A stretch of 64,000 nucleotides of DNA from Gammaproteobacteria bacterium (GTDB lineage Bacteria > Pseudomonadota > Gammaproteobacteria > Eutrophobiales > Eutrophobiaceae). The notes beneath the pieces were generated by a model. The model searched no databases, was not told where the DNA came from, and saw only the letters and a list, made by a program, of their open reading frames with translations. The DNA lies in contig OZ220696.1 of the NCBI GenBank assembly GCA_965116495.1, forward strand, positions 1,632,001 to 1,696,000, read 5' to 3'. Position numbers and translations under genes: made by a program. Positions 10,453-21,452 of this stretch are shown here, one piece after another. Positions within the stretch are counted from its first letter, which is position 1, and each line of letters begins with the position of its first letter.

Positions 10453-10477
10453 GACCAAGCTCGATACGACGGTTGTC

Positions 10478-10533
10478 AATTTGGGACACCCATAAATTAA
10501 CTAAGCGTTTTAAATTTATGGGTGTCCCAAATT
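10478..10533. repeat. GGGACACCC-family inverted repeat (21-bp arms) just downstream of efp
   Basis: aatttgggacacccataaatt...aatttatgggtgtcccaaatt; related copy at ~45041-45121. Confidence 0.85.
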
Positions 10534-10539
10534 AAGTTT

Positions 10540-11109
10540 TCAGTTCTTTACCCGACTCACGTATGCGCCCGTGCGGGTATCCACCTTGATTTTCTCATTC
10601 TGCTCGACGAACAGGGGCACCTTGACCGTGGCGCCGGTTTCCAGGGTGGCGGGTTTCGTGCCGCCGGCGGCGGTGTCGCCGCGTACCCCCGGGTCGGTTT
10701 CGGTGATCCTGAGTTCGACGAAGTTAGGCGGCTGGACAGTCAGCGGCGCGCCGTTCCATAAGGTCACCCCGCATAGCTCTTCACCGGTCAGCCACTGACC
10801 GGCATCACCCAGCGCCGACCTGCCGGCTTCGATCTGCTCATAACTGCTCGTATCCATGAAATACCACAGTTCACCGTCGTTGTAGAGGTATTGCAACTCC
10901 AGGTCGACCACGTCCGCGGCGGGAACGCTCTCCCCCGACTTGTAGGTTTTCTCCAGCACCCTGCCCGTTTTCAGGTTGCGTATCTTGATGCGGGTAAACG
11001 CCTGGCCCTTGCCCGGTTTGACAAACTCGCTATCGAGAATGGAACAGGGGTCGCCGTCGATGGTCAGTTTCAAGCCCGGCTTGAATTCATTGGTGCCGTA
11101 GTTCGCCAT
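10540..11109 (-). CDS. efp: Elongation factor P
   Basis: KPGKGQAF loop, [26 protein letters not shown]. Confidence 0.98.
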   Translation of the reverse strand: MANYGTNEFKPGLKLTIDGDPCSILDSEFVKPGKGQAFTRIKIRNLKTGRVLEKTYKSGESVPAADVVDLELQYLYNDGELWYFMDTSSYEQIEAGRSALGDAGQWLTGEELCGVTLWNGAPLTVQPPNFVELRITETDPGVRGDTAAGGTKPATLETGATVKVPLFVEQNEKIKVDTRTGAYVSRVKN

Positions 11110-11122
11110 GTGCAAGTCCTGC

Positions 11123-11148
11123 CGTCATTCTGGCGGATGCCAGAATCC
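11123..11148 (+). repeat. CGTC-type REP
   Basis: cgtcattctggcggatgccagaatcca between parC and efp. Confidence 0.75.
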
Positions 11149-11178
11149 AACGAAGCATTTTCCTGATCGCATATGTCT

Positions 11179-13431
11179 TTACCTTTTCGGTTTAATCGTT
11201 GATACCTGCCGATAGCCCCGCGGCAGGACATTGCCGCGGCGCCCGCGTTCGCTATGATAATGCGCCCAGCCCTTCGGTTTCAAGGTCAGGTGGCGTTTAC
11301 CGGATTCGAGGTGCAGCTTGTCTTTTATCCCGAATACGGTAAGCGCAACCAGGTATTCTTCCCGGTCCTTAAGCCTGGCCGGTGGGATTTGCATGATCTT
11401 GACCCCCTTGCCCCTGGCAAGTTGCGGGAATTCGGACAACCCCGTCACCAGCAGGCGGCCCTCGGAACTGACGGCCGCGACCAGGTCCTGCTTGTGGTCG
11501 GAGACCGGCACAGGCGGTAATATCAGCGCAGACGGCGGAACGTTCAACACAGCCTTGCCGGCCTTCGCCTTGACGTACAGGTCTCCCAGTCTTGCAATGA
11601 ACCCGTAACCGGCATCAGTGGCAAGGAACCAGAAACTGTCGCTCTCTCCCAGCATGGTGCCGATGAAGACTGCGCCGTCCGGCGGCGTCACCCAACTGGA
11701 TACCGGCTCGCCGTGGCTGCGCGCCGACGGCAGGATATGTGTAGGGATGGAGTAACAGCGGCCGGTCGAGTCAAGAAATATGGCCGACTGGTTACTGCGC
11801 CCCATGACAGCCTGCCTGAATCCGTCGCCGGCCCGGTAATTCAGGGTCCCCGGGTCGATATCATGGCCTTTCGCGGCCCGGACCCAGCCCTTCTCCGACA
11901 AGATGACTGTCACCGGTTCCGTAGGCATCAACTGGGTCTCGTCCATCGCCCTGGCTTCTTCGCGCTGTTCCAGGGGGGAGCGGCGGGCATCGCCAAACTT
12001 TTCCATGTCGGCCCGGATTTCCTCTTTCACCAGTGTTTTAAGGCGTGCGGCCGAACCCAGTATCTGCTGCAAGGACTCCCTTTCTGCCTGCAACTCGTCC
12101 AGTTCGCCCTGGATTTTGATCTCTTCCAGCTTGGCCAGGCGCCGCAACCGGAGATCCAGAATAGCCTCCGCCTGGGTGTCGGACAAGCGGAAACGCTGCA
12201 TTAGCTCCTGTTTGGGTTCGTCTTCCTCCCGTATGATCCGGATCACCTCGTCAATGTTCAGGTAGGCTACCATCAGACCTTCCAAAATATGGACTCGCTG
12301 TTCAACCTGTTCCAGGCGGTGCTGCAGGCGCCGGCGCACCGTCTCGGTACGGTACCGCAACCACTCCTTCAGAACGGTCTTGAGATCCTTGACCCGGGGG
12401 CGGCCGTCGGTGCCGATCATGTTCAGGTTGACCCGGTAACTGCGCTCCAGGTCCGTGGTGGCGAACAGGTGTGACATCAGTTCTGTCAGGTTGACCCGGT
12501 TTGAACGCGGGATGAATATGAGCCGAGTCGGGTTTTCGTGGTCGGATTCATCGCGCAGGTCTTCCAGCATGGGTAACTTCTTCGCCTGCATCTGCGCGGC
12601 CACCTGCTCCAGGATCTTGTTGCCGGAGGTCTGGTAAGGCAACGCGGTAACGATGATATTGCCGCCCTCCTTCTCCCACCGGGCGCGCAGTTTCACGGAA
12701 CCGTTGCCGGTGCGATACATCTCCAGGAGTTCCTCAGCCGGCGTGATGATCTCCGCTTCGGTGGGAAAATCCGGACCCTTGACGTAGTCGAACAAGTCCT
12801 CGACCGTACTTTTGGGCCGCTCCAGCAGGCGGATACAGGCACCGGCCACCTCCTGCAGGTTATGGGGCGGAATATCCGTGGCCATACCGACGGCAATCCC
12901 GGTAGCGCCGTTCAACAGGATATTGGGGAGCCGCGCCGGCAGTAAGTTGGGTTCCTTCAGGGTACCGTCAAAATTGGGCGTCCAGTCAACGGTCCCCTGT
13001 CCCAGTTCCGCCAGCAACACCTGGCTATAGGGCTTCAGTTTGGATTCCGTGTAGCGCATGGCCGCGAACGACTTGGGATCATCCATGGAACCCCAGTTAC
13101 CCTGGCCGTCGATAATGGGATAGCGGTAGCTGAACTCCTGCGCCATCAGCACCATGGCCTCGTAGCAGGCGCTGTCCCCGTGGGGATGGAACTTGCCGAT
13201 GACATCCCCCACCGTACGCGCCGACTTCTTGAACTTGGCGGTCGCGCTCAGGCCCAGTTCTGACATGGCATAGATGATGCGTCTCTGTACCGGCTTCAGG
13301 CCATCGCCGATATGCGGCAGGGCCCGGTCCAGGATGACATACATGGAATAGTCCAGGTATGCTTTTTCGGTAAATTCGTATATAGGTTGGGTTTCGCTGG
13401 GTTCGAAATCCAGGGTAAGATTTTCCTGCAT
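11179..13431 (-). CDS. parC: DNA topoisomerase IV subunit A
   Basis: [31 protein letters not shown]; start placed at MQENLTL. Confidence 0.97.
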   Translation of the reverse strand: MQENLTLDFEPSETQPIYEFTEKAYLDYSMYVILDRALPHIGDGLKPVQRRIIYAMSELGLSATAKFKKSARTVGDVIGKFHPHGDSACYEAMVLMAQEFSYRYPIIDGQGNWGSMDDPKSFAAMRYTESKLKPYSQVLLAELGQGTVDWTPNFDGTLKEPNLLPARLPNILLNGATGIAVGMATDIPPHNLQEVAGACIRLLERPKSTVEDLFDYVKGPDFPTEAEIITPAEELLEMYRTGNGSVKLRARWEKEGGNIIVTALPYQTSGNKILEQVAAQMQAKKLPMLEDLRDESDHENPTRLIFIPRSNRVNLTELMSHLFATTDLERSYRVNLNMIGTDGRPRVKDLKTVLKEWLRYRTETVRRRLQHRLEQVEQRVHILEGLMVAYLNIDEVIRIIREEDEPKQELMQRFRLSDTQAEAILDLRLRRLAKLEEIKIQGELDELQAERESLQQILGSAARLKTLVKEEIRADMEKFGDARRSPLEQREEARAMDETQLMPTEPVTVILSEKGWVRAAKGHDIDPGTLNYRAGDGFRQAVMGRSNQSAIFLDSTGRCYSIPTHILPSARSHGEPVSSWVTPPDGAVFIGTMLGESDSFWFLATDAGYGFIARLGDLYVKAKAGKAVLNVPPSALILPPVPVSDHKQDLVAAVSSEGRLLVTGLSEFPQLARGKGVKIMQIPPARLKDREEYLVALTVFGIKDKLHLESGKRHLTLKPKGWAHYHSERGRRGNVLPRGYRQVSTIKPKR

Positions 13432-13510
13432 TAGACGGTCCCTCTGGAGGAGAAAATCAGTACGGAGGGTACCCATAATACCAATAAAAAACCAAACAAC
13501 TCCAACACTT

Positions 13511-15397
13511 TTATACCGTAGCCCGGTCGCCCTTGCGCTCCAGCCAGTCCTTGCGGTCCGGCGCGCGTTTCTTTGCCAGCAGCATGTCCATCATCTGGTC
13601 CGACTTGTTGTCTTCCGGCAGGGTCAGTTTCACCAGGCGGCGCGTCTCCGGCGCCATGGTGGATTCACGCAACTGCAAGGGGTTCATCTCGCCCAGGCCC
13701 TTGAAGCGTTGCACGTTCACCGTGCCCTTGATCTTTTCCGCGCTAATGCGGTCGAGCAGGCCGGACTTTTCCGAATCATCCAGGGCATAGAACACTTCCT
13801 TGCCGACGTCTATGCGGTACAGGGGCGGCATGGCCACGTACACGTGACCTGCATCGACGAGCTTGCGGAAGTGCTTCAGGAACAGGGCGCAGAGCAAGGT
13901 GGCGATATGCAGGCCGTCGGAATCCGCATCGGCCAGGATGCAGATGCGGCCATAGCGTAGCTTGGATAGGTCATCGGATCCGGGGTCTACGCCGATGGCT
14001 ACCGAGATGTCGTGGACTTCTTTTGAGGACAACACCTCGCCGGAAGCCACCTCCCAGGTATTGAGGATTTTGCCCCGTAACGGCATGACTGCCTGGAATT
14101 CCCTGTCCCGGGCCTGCTTGGCGGAGCCGCCGGCGGAATCCCCTTCCACCAGGAACAACTCGCTGTCGTCGGGTGATACGCTGGCGCAGTCTGCCAGTTT
14201 GCCGGGCAGCGCCGGGCCGCTGGTGACTTTCTTGCGGATAATACTCTTACTTGCCTTGAGGCGGCTCTGGGCATGGCTGATCGCCAGTTCCGCAATCTTT
14301 TCACCAGTCTCCACGTGCTGGTGCAGCCACTGGCTCAGGGCGTCGCGCACCACGCCGGAGACGAATGTCGAGCACTCCCTTGAGGCCAGTCGTTCCTTGG
14401 CCTGACCGACGAACTGGGGTTCATCCATTTTTACCGAGAGCAGGTAGGTGCAGCGGTCCCAGACGTCTTCCGCAGTCAGCTTGACGCCGCGGGGCAGCAG
14501 GTTGCGTGAATCGCAGAACTCCCTGAGTGCTTCCAGCAGGCCCTGGCGCAGGCCGTTCACGTGGGTGCCGCCCTGGGTGGTCGGCACCAGGTTGACGTAA
14601 CTCTCCGTGATCAGTTCACCCGGTTCGGGCAGCCAGTGTACGGCCCAGTCCACCTGCTCGTTGTTACCCTGCATGGAACCGGTAAACGGTTCTACCGGCA
14701 GCAGTTCGACACCGGCCAGCATGCTCGAGAGGTACGTGCCGATCCCATCCTCGTAGTACCACTCTGTTTTTTCATCGTTCGCCTCATCGTTGAGCCTGAC
14801 CGTCAGTTTGGGGCACAGCACCGCTTTGGCGCGCAGCAGGTGTTTGAGTTTCGCCCTTGCAATCGAGACGGAATCGAAGTAAACCGGGTCGGGCCAGAAG
14901 CGCAGGGTCGTTCCCGTGTTGCGTTTGCCCACCTCCCCGACCACTTCCAGCAGGCTAATCCTGTCGCCGTTGGCAAAGGCCATGTTGTATTCATTGCCGT
15001 CGCGCTTGACCCAGACCTCCAGGTGTTTGGACAGGGCGTTGACGACGGACACGCCCACACCGTGCAGGCCGCCGGAGAACTTGTAATTCTTGTCGGAGAA
15101 CTTGCCCCCGGCGTGCAGCCGGGTCAGGATCACCTCTACGCCCGGGATATTTTCTCCCGGGTGATTATCTACGGGCATACCCCTGCCGTCATCGGCGACT
15201 GTGATGGAATTGTCTTTGTGCAGGGTGATCTCAACCTTGTGCGCGTGACCGATGATGGCTTCATCGACACTGTTATCGACGACTTCCTGCACAAGGTGAT
15301 TGGGACGAGAGGTATCGGTGTACATCCCGGGGCGCTTACGCACCGGTTCAAGGCCTGTTAATACCTCGATATCTGCGGCAGCGTAAGTGGTGTTCAT
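13511..15397 (-). CDS. parE: DNA topoisomerase IV subunit B
   Basis: [51 protein letters not shown]. Confidence 0.97.
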   Translation of the reverse strand: MNTTYAAADIEVLTGLEPVRKRPGMYTDTSRPNHLVQEVVDNSVDEAIIGHAHKVEITLHKDNSITVADDGRGMPVDNHPGENIPGVEVILTRLHAGGKFSDKNYKFSGGLHGVGVSVVNALSKHLEVWVKRDGNEYNMAFANGDRISLLEVVGEVGKRNTGTTLRFWPDPVYFDSVSIARAKLKHLLRAKAVLCPKLTVRLNDEANDEKTEWYYEDGIGTYLSSMLAGVELLPVEPFTGSMQGNNEQVDWAVHWLPEPGELITESYVNLVPTTQGGTHVNGLRQGLLEALREFCDSRNLLPRGVKLTAEDVWDRCTYLLSVKMDEPQFVGQAKERLASRECSTFVSGVVRDALSQWLHQHVETGEKIAELAISHAQSRLKASKSIIRKKVTSGPALPGKLADCASVSPDDSELFLVEGDSAGGSAKQARDREFQAVMPLRGKILNTWEVASGEVLSSKEVHDISVAIGVDPGSDDLSKLRYGRICILADADSDGLHIATLLCALFLKHFRKLVDAGHVYVAMPPLYRIDVGKEVFYALDDSEKSGLLDRISAEKIKGTVNVQRFKGLGEMNPLQLRESTMAPETRRLVKLTLPEDNKSDQMMDMLLAKKRAPDRKDWLERKGDRATV

Positions 15398-15478
15398 CCG
15401 GTTATTTTGCCACAGAGGGCGCGGATATTACAGGGGAAAGCCGGGTTTCCAGCAGTTCCTGCTAACTATGCCTGATAA

Positions 15479-15576
15479 GGGCTTTAGTGGCTGTTTTTAT
15501 GCGACTAGCGCCAGGGATAGGCGCGGGACCGGGCCAGGGAAGGCCCATTGGAGCAGAAAAACAGCCACTAAAGCCC
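15479..15576. repeat. 98-bp element with perfect 20-bp terminal inverted repeats (MITE-like)
   Basis: gggctttagtggctgttttt ... aaaaacagccactaaagccc around a GC-rich 58-nt core. Confidence 0.7.
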
Positions 15577-15590
15577 GGTTGCCGAGTTTC

Positions 15591-16184
15591 CTAACTATCA
15601 ATATCCCCGCTAAGCGATTGGCGGATTTCTGCCGGTATGGGCACAAGCTGGTATGCGTACTGCGCGTGGCTGATACCGGCGGAAATTTCTGCGCCCTGCC
15701 CTATAGCGGCTATATCCTCCGTTGACAACTCAAAGCGCATGAAGTGGATTGATGAGGTCTTTGTTTCGGTAGCGCGTTCCAGATCCTCGTCACAGAACGG
15801 AGCGATTACGGGGCCGACGCCGACGCGCATCCAGACGCAGTCCTCTATGCCGACCAGCTTCGCCAGCATTTCCCTGCGCTCGGCGGGGTCGTCGTATTCC
15901 AGCATGAACGTGGCCTTCCAGTTGTGCCCGTCCGGGATCAGCGGGTTATAGGCGGCCAGTTCCTCTTCGATACCGGCGCGCTCGAATATCTTCTCTATGC
16001 GCAGCATTTCCTGCACCTGGTACTGGATGGTGAGGCGGTCCTCAAAATACAGGTTGGCGTTGGGGCCCAGCGGCAAGCGCCGGGATTTCTTGTGGGCTAT
16101 GACCGTTGCGCGGAACTCGCTGCGGATCTCGGTGTACTTTTCCAGCGAGTACAAGTCTTCTCTACGTAACCTGGCCGGCATCAA
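15591..16184 (-). CDS. DUF3501 family protein
   Basis: FEDRLTIQYQVQEMLRIE, YNPLIP, KTSSIHFMRF; position behind rubrerythrin and Fe-S oxidoreductase. Confidence 0.9.
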   Translation of the reverse strand: MMPARLRREDLYSLEKYTEIRSEFRATVIAHKKSRRLPLGPNANLYFEDRLTIQYQVQEMLRIEKIFERAGIEEELAAYNPLIPDGHNWKATFMLEYDDPAERREMLAKLVGIEDCVWMRVGVGPVIAPFCDEDLERATETKTSSIHFMRFELSTEDIAAIGQGAEISAGISHAQYAYQLVPIPAEIRQSLSGDIDS

Positions 16185-17528
16185 TCACAAACCGTAGGCA
16201 TATTTCAGCAGGGAAAACGCCGATTCAGCCGCGCCGGCATTACTCTCACCCAGGCCGTTCCGGATTTGCGCGCCGGCCATCGGGCAATCGCTGACGTAAT
16301 GTTCGGCCTGTGCCTGTTTGACCTTGTTCACCACTGGGCGGCAGATTTTTGTCGATATCTCGTGGCTCTCTGCCTTGACCGCGTAGGTGCCGTCGTGTCC
16401 CGAGCAGCGCTCGATCACGTCAATCGTCGTGTCCGGGACCAATGCAAGCATGTCGCGGGTTTTCAGGCCGATATTCTGGACGCGCTGGTGACAGGGAGCA
16501 TGATACGCAATCTTTCCGAGGGAATGTTTGAACTCCGTACTCAATTTCCCTTCCTTGTGCCGGATCATCAGGTACTCGAACGGGTCGTAAAATGCCTGCC
16601 GGACACGTTCCACTGTTTCATCACCGGGAAACATCAGGGGGAGTTCTTGCTTGAACATCAATACACAGGAAGGAATGGGTGCGACGATGTCCCAACCTTG
16701 TTCGACAAGCTCAACCAGCCGGGGAATATTGACGTCCTTTGCCCGCTCGACCGCACCAAGATCGCCCAGTTCCAGCTTGGGCATGCCGCAACAGGCCTCC
16801 TTGTCGGCCAAGGTGACGGAGACCCCGTTATGCTCGAACACCGCGATCAGGTCTTCGGCCACCCGGGGCGTATTCCGGTTACAATAACAGGTTACGAACA
16901 GGGCTACCTTTCCGGTCGTCCCGCCGGCCGCTCCTGCCGTGGACGGCGCCGGTTGCCTGCCTTTCACCCGCTCGCGCAAGGGCCTGGAATGGAACTCGGG
17001 CAAAGGCGCGTCCGCATGGATACCCACGGTCTTTTCCAGCACTTTACGCATCGGTCGCGATTTATTGGCTGCATTGACAACCTGTGCAACAACGGGGATA
17101 CCGGCGAGATTGCCCACTGCCTCGGTGGAGGTGAGCAACTTATCCCGTAATTTTGTCCTGCCCTGCTTGAAGTTTACCGCCTTGGCGCGCAGCATGAGGT
17201 GGGGAAAGTCGACGTTCCATTCGTGGGGGGGCACGTAGGGACACTTCGTCATGTAGCACAGGTCGCACAGGTAGCAGTGTTCCACCACTTTGCCGTAATC
17301 GGCCTTTTCCACCCCGTCCACTTCCATGGTGTCGGACTCATCGATCAGGTCGAACAGGGTGGGGAACGCATGGCACAGGTTGACACAGCGGCGGCAACCG
17401 TGGCAGATATCAAAGACGCGCTCAAGCTCTGCGTTTAAACCCTCCTGGTCGTAGTAGTCTGCCTGTTTCCATTCAATGGCATGCCTGACGGGCGCCTCCA
17501 GGCTGCCCTCTCGAATATCAACGCCCAC
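16185..17528 (-). CDS. Rubrerythrin-associated Fe-S oxidoreductase (GlpC/Hdr-like, CCG domains)
   Basis: CHGCRRCVNLC, CYLCDLCYMTKCPY, CCGMP, CSGHDG. Confidence 0.9.
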   Translation of the reverse strand: MGVDIREGSLEAPVRHAIEWKQADYYDQEGLNAELERVFDICHGCRRCVNLCHAFPTLFDLIDESDTMEVDGVEKADYGKVVEHCYLCDLCYMTKCPYVPPHEWNVDFPHLMLRAKAVNFKQGRTKLRDKLLTSTEAVGNLAGIPVVAQVVNAANKSRPMRKVLEKTVGIHADAPLPEFHSRPLRERVKGRQPAPSTAGAAGGTTGKVALFVTCYCNRNTPRVAEDLIAVFEHNGVSVTLADKEACCGMPKLELGDLGAVERAKDVNIPRLVELVEQGWDIVAPIPSCVLMFKQELPLMFPGDETVERVRQAFYDPFEYLMIRHKEGKLSTEFKHSLGKIAYHAPCHQRVQNIGLKTRDMLALVPDTTIDVIERCSGHDGTYAVKAESHEISTKICRPVVNKVKQAQAEHYVSDCPMAGAQIRNGLGESNAGAAESAFSLLKYAYGL

Positions 17529-17557
17529 AACCGCTTGCCAATGTTTCCGGTTGGCCT

Positions 17558-17585
17558 AAAAAAGAGCCGGGCAACGGCCCGGCTC
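17558..17585 (-). terminator. Intrinsic terminator-like hairpin between rubrerythrin and Fe-S oxidoreductase
   Basis: minus strand gagccgggc-cgtt-gcccggctc-tttttt. Confidence 0.7.
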
Positions 17586-17608
17586 CGGTTTGCTCAGGCC
17601 TGCCCAAA

Positions 17609-18028
17609 TCAGGCGTCAAGGTTGTCCAGCGCCTTCTGGAAGCGGTTGGCGTGAGAACGCTCCGCCTTGGCGAGGGTTTCGAACCAGTCGGCAATCTCGT
17701 CCAGGCCCTCATCCCGCGCGGTCTTCGCCATACCCGGATACATGTCCGTGTATTCATAGGTTTCACCGGCGATGGCCGCTTTCAGGTTGTTTTCGGTTGA
17801 GCCGATGGGCTCACCGGTTGCAGGATCGCCCACCTCTTCGAGATACTCCAGGTGGCCGTGGGCATGGCCGGTCTCACCTTCGGCAGTTGAACGAAACACT
17901 GCGGAGACATCGTTAAAACCTTCCACGTCAGCTTTCTGGGCAAAATACAAATAGCGGCGGTTAGCCTGTGATTCCCCGGCAAACGCTGCTTTAAGGTTAT
18001 CTTCTGTTCTGGTACCTTTCAAACTCAT
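17609..18028 (-). CDS. rbr: Rubrerythrin (short, lacking rubredoxin domain)
   Basis: [38 protein letters not shown]. Confidence 0.93.
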   Translation of the reverse strand: MSLKGTRTEDNLKAAFAGESQANRRYLYFAQKADVEGFNDVSAVFRSTAEGETGHAHGHLEYLEEVGDPATGEPIGSTENNLKAAIAGETYEYTDMYPGMAKTARDEGLDEIADWFETLAKAERSHANRFQKALDNLDA

Positions 18029-18061
18029 CGTACTTCCTCCTGATTGTAATCTTTTGTGGTT

Positions 18062-18076
18062 TTATAATTACTAAAA
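18062..18076. promoter_or_regulatory. PerR/Fur-box-like site upstream of rubrerythrin
   Basis: TTATAATTACTAAAA vs Per box TTATAATNATTATAA (2 mismatches), ~34 bp from start. Confidence 0.5.
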
Positions 18077-18238
18077 CGGGCGTAACGTACCTCTGAATTT
18101 AGCTGACTGAGTCAATAGTGTCAACCTGATAACTCAAGCAGGGCTATTGTATTTTTTAATCGTGAATATAGGTTCTATCTATAATGTATGTAAATCCTTG
18201 AGTTATTGATACAATTCGAACCACTACTGTCAGGAGAC

Positions 18239-18493
18239 ATGTTTGTGTCTGAAAAAAAATCCGAAATAGATTTTGAGAAATCCCTGGCTGAACTGGAACA
18301 GCTTGTTGAGACCATGGAAAAAGGCGATCTCACCCTGGAAGAATCCCTGAAACATTTCGAGCGAGGGGTATCCCTGACCCGCGCCTGCCAGAAAGCCCTG
18401 GCGGAAGCCGAACAGAAAGTACGGATCCTGACCCGGAACAACGAGGCCGGGGAACTGGCAGAATTTACAGCCGATTCTGATAATGGCGCATGA
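18239..18493 (+). CDS. xseB: Exodeoxyribonuclease VII small subunit
   Basis: [33 protein letters not shown]. Confidence 0.96.
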   Translation: MFVSEKKSEIDFEKSLAELEQLVETMEKGDLTLEESLKHFERGVSLTRACQKALAEAEQKVRILTRNNEAGELAEFTADSDNGA

Positions 18494-18495
18494 GA

Positions 18496-18547
18496 GGGGA
18501 CAGACCCCCGCTTACAACACGCGGGGGCATGCTTGAAATCTGTCCCC
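18496..18547 (+). repeat. GGGGACAG-family palindrome with hairpin insert, overlapping ispA start
   Basis: ggggacagac-ccccgcttacaacacgcgggggcatgc-ttgaaatctgtcccc. Confidence 0.88.
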
Positions 18548-19441
18548 GATAACCGCTTTGCTGAACGGCTGGAAGACTACCAGGCCCGGGTGGAAGCCGC
18601 CCTGGATTCCTGGTTGCCGCCGGTCACGGATAAGCCAGAAATGTTACACGAAGCCATCCGCTATTCAGTTTTCGGCGGTGGCAAGCGTGTCAGGCCGGTA
18701 CTGGTCTACGCCAGCGGCGAGGCATTCAACGTCGAGCCAGCGGCCTTGGACGGCTGCGCCTGTGCGGTGGAAATGATTCATACCTATTCACTCATTCACG
18801 ACGACCTGCCGGCAATGGACGACGATGACCTGCGCCGCGGCCGCCTGACTTCTCACAAAGCCTATGATGAGGCCACGGCCATCCTGGCCGGCGATTCATT
18901 ACAGGCCCTGGCTTTCCAGGTGCTGGCGCAAGACCTGGAGATCCGGGTTCCGGCTGCACAACGGTTGAGAATGATCGATATCCTGGCGCTGGCCGGCGGC
19001 CCGGCCGGCATGACCGGGGGACAGGCCATCGACCTGGAAGCGGAGGACAAGGTGCTCACCCTGGAACAACTGCAAACCATGCACTCGCGCAAGACCGGTG
19101 CTCTGATCAGGGCAAGCGTTGAACTGGGTGCTCTATGCTCCGGCCAGGTGGACGAGGAACGGTTTCACAAAATCTCCCGCTACGCGGACTGCATCGGCCT
19201 GGCTTTTCAAATTCATGACGATGTTCTGGACATAGAGGGCGATACCGAAACCCTGGGTAAACCCCAAGGATCAGACATGGAAAGGAATAAAGCCACCTAT
19301 CCGAACCTGCTGGGTCTGGAGGGTGCGAAGCTGGCGGCGCGGGAAACGCTGGACGAAGCCCTGGGTCATCTGGCAGATTTTGGGGAAGAGGCCGGGATGC
19401 TGCGGCAAATTGCGCTTTATATTGTGGAAAGGAATAAATAA
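18533..19441 (+). CDS. ispA: Farnesyl diphosphate synthase
   Basis: GGKRVRP, SLIHDDLPAMDDDDLRRG, KTGALI, FQIHDDVLD; downstream of xseB. Confidence 0.95.
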   Translation: MKSVPDNRFAERLEDYQARVEAALDSWLPPVTDKPEMLHEAIRYSVFGGGKRVRPVLVYASGEAFNVEPAALDGCACAVEMIHTYSLIHDDLPAMDDDDLRRGRLTSHKAYDEATAILAGDSLQALAFQVLAQDLEIRVPAAQRLRMIDILALAGGPAGMTGGQAIDLEAEDKVLTLEQLQTMHSRKTGALIRASVELGALCSGQVDEERFHKISRYADCIGLAFQIHDDVLDIEGDTETLGKPQGSDMERNKATYPNLLGLEGAKLAARETLDEALGHLADFGEEAGMLRQIALYIVERNK

Positions 19442-19467
19442 TGTGTCGCAAGCGACAGTTTAAATAA

Positions 19468-19559
19468 CTGGATTCCCGCATGCGCGGGAGTGACAAGTCT
19501 CATTCCCCGTCATGCCGGACCCTGCCTCTAGGCCAGGGCAGGTTTATTCCGGCATCCAG
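19468..19559. repeat. Pair of CGTC-type REPs; the second has a 23-nt hairpin insert in its loop
   Basis: ctggattcccgcatgcgcgggagtgac ... cgtcatgccggac[cctgcctctaggccagggcaggt]ttattccggcatccag. Confidence 0.8.
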
Positions 19560-19595
19560 TGAAATAACATGTCGCCTGACAGGCGACACTATTAT

Positions 19596-20366
19596 TTACC
19601 GCTCTCCGCCTTTCGCCTCCTCCCATAACTCGTCCATTCTTTCCAAAGACGCGCTCTCCAGGCTCTCCCCTGCTTCCTCGAGCCTGGTTTGAATAAAGCG
19701 GAACCGTTGTTCGAACTTGTTATTGGCCTCTCGCAGGGCCGTTTCGGGGTTAATTTCCAGGTGTCTGGCCAGGTTGACGGCCGCAAACAGCACGTCGCCC
19801 AGTTCGGATTGTAGTCGGGAAGGTGGTTGCATCGCCGTCATTTCCCGTTTCAGTTCACTGATTTCCTCTTCAACCTTGGCCATTACCTGGGCCGGTTCTT
19901 CCCAGTCAAAGCCTGCCCGGGCGGCGTGTTTTTGTATTTTCTCCGCCCGTAACATTGCCGGTAACGCCCTGGCGATACCGCCCAGGTAATCTCCCCCTCT
20001 CTCCTCCTGCTTGATCTTCTCCCAGTTGGTCTTGACGTCCTCAACCGTGTCCAGCCGCCGGCCTGCAAAGACATGGGGATGCCTTCTCTCCAGCTTCTCA
20101 CAGACAGCGCCGATGACATCCGCTAAATCGAAACTGCCGGATTCGGACGCCATTTGCGAATAAAAGATGACATGGAACAATAAATCTCCCAGTTCATCCT
20201 TTACATCTTCCATGTTGTTACGCTCCAGGGCATCAACCAGTTCGTAAATCTCTTCCAGCGTATACGGGATGATGGACTCCATGGTCTGCTGCCTGTCCCA
20301 GGGGCATCCTGTCTCCGGGTCGCGTAATGCCGACATTATGTCTGTCAACTCCTGGATGGACTTCAT
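19596..20366 (-). CDS. mazG: Nucleoside triphosphate pyrophosphohydrolase
   Basis: LRDPETGCPWD, DELGDLLF, RRHPHVF, GFDW, ELGDVLF. Confidence 0.96.
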   Translation of the reverse strand: MKSIQELTDIMSALRDPETGCPWDRQQTMESIIPYTLEEIYELVDALERNNMEDVKDELGDLLFHVIFYSQMASESGSFDLADVIGAVCEKLERRHPHVFAGRRLDTVEDVKTNWEKIKQEERGGDYLGGIARALPAMLRAEKIQKHAARAGFDWEEPAQVMAKVEEEISELKREMTAMQPPSRLQSELGDVLFAAVNLARHLEINPETALREANNKFEQRFRFIQTRLEEAGESLESASLERMDELWEEAKGGER

Positions 20367-20503
20367 ATTACCTATCCTGCAATGAATGGCTTGTAATATC
20401 TTAATTTTCTTTTACTTTTTTGGCTGTTATAATCTCAGACTGAAAATTTGGCAACTCGCCGGGTCTTGAGATGCAGCCTGGCATCGCGATACCAGATTAA
20501 CAC

Positions 20504-21076
20504 ATGAAACCACTTATCTTGCGACTTGATATTTCCGGCACACCGGTTACCTGGGTCCCCTGGCAGGACGCGGTGAGTCTTTACTGCCGTGATATGGTGG
20601 GCTGGACCGCGGGCGATGAGACTTTTACGTTTCATGGCGGCATCAATAAAAGGAGCGGGATGCGCTCTGCCGTCTCGATTAATTCCATAATTGCGGTCAA
20701 GCGTTCAAGAAATCATAAACACATTTATCGAACCGTTCCGCCGTTGACCAACCGCGAACTGTTTCTGCGTGACGCGCGTATCTGTATGTATTGCGGCAGC
20801 CGGCATAAAGACATTTCCTTGACCCGGGATCACGTATTGCCCATATCCCGCGGCGGAACCGACCGCTGGTCAAATGTGGTCACTGCCTGCCGATCGTGCA
20901 ATACCCGCAAGGGCAACAGGAGCCCTGAGGAAGCGGGCATGCCGCTGCTGGCAGTGCCGTATGTACCTAACTGGGCCGAATATCTCGCCTTGTCGAACAG
21001 AAAAATACTGGCCGACCAGATGGAATTTTTGAAATCGCAGTTTTCCGGCCGCATAATGCCGTTCTACGCTCAATGA
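20504..21076 (+). CDS. HNH endonuclease
   Basis: RDARICMYCG, TRDHVLPISRGG, NVVTACRSCNTRKG. Confidence 0.92.
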   Translation: MKPLILRLDISGTPVTWVPWQDAVSLYCRDMVGWTAGDETFTFHGGINKRSGMRSAVSINSIIAVKRSRNHKHIYRTVPPLTNRELFLRDARICMYCGSRHKDISLTRDHVLPISRGGTDRWSNVVTACRSCNTRKGNRSPEEAGMPLLAVPYVPNWAEYLALSNRKILADQMEFLKSQFSGRIMPFYAQ

Positions 21077-21086
21077 GGAATGTCTG

Positions 21087-21452
21087 ATGAGAATTGTTAT
21101 CGGCGTATCAATATTCGTGCTGTCGCTGAACACCCTGGCTGCCGATAAATCGGGCAACTATGCGATATGGGGAAAAGGACAAAAGTCCTGTTACCGCTAC
21201 ATGAAAGACCGTTCTACAGGAACAGATGAGGCCTATAAAAGCTTCATCATGGGATATTTAACCGCATATAACGCCATGACGCCGCAAACCTACAGCATTT
21301 CCAGAGATATGAAACTGGATGAGATCATGGCCTGGCTGGATAATTATTGTGACCTGAAACAAATGCACGGAATTGAGTCGTCTTTACTTGAATTTATCAC
21401 CAGCCATTATGAAAACCGCTACCGTGATCCGCCTGGCAGGACAGGTCGTTGA
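21087..21452 (+). CDS. Hypothetical exported protein (two Cys, HdeA/Rap1a-like pattern)
   Basis: Signal peptide; SCxxY...FIMGYLTAYN...WLDNYC; RBS gagga. Confidence 0.6.
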   Translation: MRIVIGVSIFVLSLNTLAADKSGNYAIWGKGQKSCYRYMKDRSTGTDEAYKSFIMGYLTAYNAMTPQTYSISRDMKLDEIMAWLDNYCDLKQMHGIESSLLEFITSHYENRYRDPPGRTGR

